Source: Candidatus Culexarchaeum nevadense
Lineage (GTDB): Archaea > Thermoproteota > Methanomethylicia > Culexarchaeales > Culexarchaeaceae
DNA: 64,000 nucleotides
Direction: 5' to 3'
NCBI GenBank assembly: GCA_025060975.1
Contig: JANZKA010000001.1
Coordinates: 28,607 to 92,606, forward strand
In this document: positions 61,523-64,000 of the stretch, one piece after another
Numbering within the stretch: the first letter of the stretch is position 1
Layout: the number at the start of each line of letters is the position of its first letter
Position numbers and translations under genes: made by a program
The notes under the pieces: model-generated
Database searches by the model: none
What the model saw: only the letters and a program-made list of their open reading frames with translations
Told to the model about the DNA's origin: nothing

Positions 61523-62158
61523 TCATTGTTGTACTGAAGATTGGGTGGCTGTCAATTTAATTTGCTCCGTAGTAGGTTTGGAAATCAACTTACTTTTACT
61601 TATTTCAACCTTTTTTAGGGGATAAATCTTCTTCGCAGAATTATATATGTCCGATGCTATTTTCCCTAAAACCATTTGTTGGACAAATTCATCGAAGTTT
61701 AGTTCCGCAGCTTTTGATAGCAATATCTCCTTACTAATTTTCCTAATAAGTTTAGCTTGAGAAGTTTTTGCTCTATGCCTAGTTATTGCTATAACGGTAA
61801 CTCTCAAGGTATAACCATCCTTTGTTGTAACATTGAATATTCCATCCACTAATGTTGTTCCCCTACGTATTAAGCTACGAATATAATCCCGTGAAAGCTC
61901 ATGACCTTTAAATATGGTTTTACATACAGAGTCAGACACCTCAACTATTTGGAAATACAATTTTATATGTAGAAAGGAAAAGTCTCCGATCATATCACTT
62001 AGAGAAGTTTCAATAACTCTATTATATAGTTTTGATTCATCATCAGCCAACGTCACACCAATTTCGCTTGATCCGAAAGCTGTAGAGGCAAGTACTTTGT
62101 AAGCTTTCTTCAAACGCCATTTATCACGAACTTTCGACGCCAAAGAACTCACCCTCAT
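61523..62158 (-). CDS. rps3ae: 30S ribosomal protein S3Ae (eS1)
   Basis: VRDKWRLKKAYKVLA N-terminal signature. 211 aa. Confidence 0.8.
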   Translation of the reverse strand: MRVSSLASKVRDKWRLKKAYKVLASTAFGSSEIGVTLADDESKLYNRVIETSLSDMIGDFSFLHIKLYFQIVEVSDSVCKTIFKGHELSRDYIRSLIRRGTTLVDGIFNVTTKDGYTLRVTVIAITRHRAKTSQAKLIRKISKEILLSKAAELNFDEFVQQMVLGKIASDIYNSAKKIYPLKKVEISKSKLISKPTTEQIKLTATQSSVQQ

Positions 62159-62183
62159 TAATTCGTTACATCAATAGCAGAAC

Positions 62184-62477
62184 TTACTTATATGTTTGTT
62201 GTAAACCTTTTATGCTTAAAATACACATATTGATGCTTTCAATTAGTTCATCCAATGTGTTAAGAAGAGAGCCTATACCATCTTCACATATCACAGTTAA
62301 CATTAAACATCTATCATCTAATGCGGATGAAATACTCATACCTTTTGGGAGAATTTTATTATCTGGAGTTAAAGCATTAAGTATGGATTTTAAAAGCTCA
62401 GGATCATTCAGGTAGACTCTTAAAACCCCCTTATTCATGAGTTTCACCTGAAACTTGTTTACCAATAATGTCATCAA
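62184..62477 (-). CDS. Hypothetical small protein
   Basis: 97-aa ORF between rps3ae and the RecJ-like gene. No confident motif. Confidence 0.3.
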   Translation of the reverse strand: MMTLLVNKFQVKLMNKGVLRVYLNDPELLKSILNALTPDNKILPKGMSISSALDDRCLMLTVICEDGIGSLLNTLDELIESINMCILSIKGLQQTYK

Positions 62478-63891
62478 AAACTTTAAGAAATGCTTCTTCA
62501 GAATTCAATGGAATTTCAGCTCCAGAAGCTACATCATGTCCTCCACCAATACCTCCAACACTTTCCGCTGCGATTTTTGAAGCTAAGCCAAGATTAATCC
62601 CTCTTTTAATTAAATTCCTGTCAGCTCTACAAGAAACCTTGATTTTACCATTCTTAGTAAAAGCAAAACATACGAGAGGCTTATCCATAGACATTGTTTT
62701 TGATGAGGAAATAATAGAGGCAAATGTACTCAATAATCTTTCATCAACATTATTTTCAAGATGTATGTACTGTATGTACCGGAGATTCCTAAGTTTATCC
62801 CTATTATCTTGAAACCAGCTTAACATTCTCGAAATCTCCTTACGATACTTATTTGTAATTTCAAAAGCTTTCTGTACAATTACTCCTCTAATCCCCATAC
62901 ATAAGGCAATGCCATAACTTGGAAACCCCATTCTTCCACAAGCATTTAAAACAGATGAAAATTCCCTAGCATCCCTTAAACATGAATCTGGAGCTTCCTT
63001 AATTAAGATATAATTCGTCCCGATCATCCCCTCAGCAACATCACTAGTAATACCATGATTTAACATGTACTTAACTATCTCAATGATCAATTTGCGTAAT
63101 TCATTGCTGGACAAATCAGACACTCTTCTGAAATTACCATTTTCATCAATAGGAGGAATACCAATACTTTTCAAGAAGCTTATGCAAGCATCAAAATCTC
63201 CACTTAAACCTGGAATAAAAGGGTCTATAGTATATTCTAAACTCTTAACTATAGGTCTTGATTCAAATCCAAAAAGTTTTAAACCAATCTTTACATTTAA
63301 AAGTTTATTATTAATTGCTTCTTCAACAAAAATTTTGTTCAAACCAATCAAACTAGCTTTGTCACCACAATCTTGTCTATCGCCAAGAGCACCCACAATG
63401 GCTGTTGCTGAGTGAATTACATTCTTTTCATTTATCATTCTAGCCACTAGATATGATAGACCTGAAGAACTTATTTGTGTAGATCCATCTATACCAAAAT
63501 GGTGAGGATTTACTTCAATTATACTAGTATCATGGTTTTGAAATGAAATTTTAGGCTGATGATGATCAATTATTATACAAGGAACCTTGAGCGATTTTTC
63601 TAATAAATCTCTTTGACCACTTCCAAAATCTAGAAGCACTACAATACAATTTTCATGAAAACTCATTTTGTATATAACATCGTCAGTTAATTGATTGAGA
63701 ATTCTAACCTTAAATGGAGCTCCAAGATCTTTAAGTATAGATGCAAATATTCCACCAGCAGCTAAACCATCAGCATCTAAGTGTGTGTATATATTGAACA
63801 AAATGTTATCCTTAGCCCACTCGACAATGTGGTTTGCAATATTATTTATAGTTTCAATGAACTCACGTGGAACTATATCATCAAATAGCAT
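62431..63891 (-). CDS. RecJ-like DHH-family protein (archaeal Cdc45/GAN homologue)
   Basis: DHH motif I HLDADGLAAG, motif III IIDHHQP, C-terminal DHHA1-like GGGH (GGIGGGHDVASG). 486 aa. Confidence 0.6.
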   Translation of the reverse strand: MLFDDIVPREFIETINNIANHIVEWAKDNILFNIYTHLDADGLAAGGIFASILKDLGAPFKVRILNQLTDDVIYKMSFHENCIVVLLDFGSGQRDLLEKSLKVPCIIIDHHQPKISFQNHDTSIIEVNPHHFGIDGSTQISSSGLSYLVARMINEKNVIHSATAIVGALGDRQDCGDKASLIGLNKIFVEEAINNKLLNVKIGLKLFGFESRPIVKSLEYTIDPFIPGLSGDFDACISFLKSIGIPPIDENGNFRRVSDLSSNELRKLIIEIVKYMLNHGITSDVAEGMIGTNYILIKEAPDSCLRDAREFSSVLNACGRMGFPSYGIALCMGIRGVIVQKAFEITNKYRKEISRMLSWFQDNRDKLRNLRYIQYIHLENNVDERLLSTFASIISSSKTMSMDKPLVCFAFTKNGKIKVSCRADRNLIKRGINLGLASKIAAESVGGIGGGHDVASGAEIPLNSEEAFLKVFDDIIGKQVSGETHE

Positions 63892-64000
63892 TTTATAATC
63901 AAATTAATTAAATTTCTCATGTGTTATCTAAGTTTTACTGTTTTAAAACCACTAAACTCATATTTCCAATCTTTTGGTAGTACACCTTTAGCTTTATAGT

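Noticed and set aside
1-64000. CRISPR arrays or other tandem repeat arrays
   Set aside because: No regularly spaced direct repeats were found in the window. The longest intergenic regions are unique AT-rich sequence.

Overview
AT-rich (roughly one-third GC) archaeal chromosomal window with crenarchaeal/Sulfolobales-like gene content and order. Most of it is core informational genes. Three parts stand out.

(1) 1-9 kb is a replication neighbourhood. moaA-truA sit at the start, rfcS-rfcL are on the minus strand, and a tightly coupled gins23-mcm-hel308 operon runs divergently from them.

(2) 9-22 kb is the only accessory-looking region, about 13 kb. It holds a type IV filament-like locus read on the minus strand: FlaI/VirB11-type ATPase, then a FlaJ/TadC-type platform protein, then a 1042-aa secreted multi-domain protein, a 435-aa membrane protein, and five small proteins with N-terminal hydrophobic helices, three of them with clear class III (prepilin) signals. 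A coiled-coil protein, a wHTH protein and a further prepilin (KG|IS) are transcribed divergently. The architecture does not match the archaellum, Ups, Aap or Bas operons as I know them. This is my best candidate for an undescribed surface-filament/adhesion system.

(3) 22-64 kb is housekeeping:
- HDAC-like deacetylase and NAPRT.
- A tRNA-maturation cluster: tRNA-Pro, cca-ligT, RNase Z, Trm-G10, prs, and tRNA-Gly carrying a ~18-nt insertion that is probably a non-canonical intron.
- pelota and aEF-2.
- dCMP deaminase and XPF.
- A 3-subunit 2-oxoacid:ferredoxin oxidoreductase.
- An ECF transporter.
- The classic archaeal exosome/proteasome superoperon (L15e, DUF54, Rpp30, Pop5, PsmA, SBDS, Rrp4, Rrp41, Rrp42, L37ae, Brix, Pcc1, prefoldin beta), with a GC-rich C/D-box-like element between pop5 and psmA.
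- S3Ae and a Cdc45/RecJ-like DHH protein.

No CRISPR array, IS element or integrase is evident. Four genes (truA, a P-loop kinase, an Obg-like GTPase, psmA) have conserved N-termini that extend upstream of any canonical in-frame start codon.
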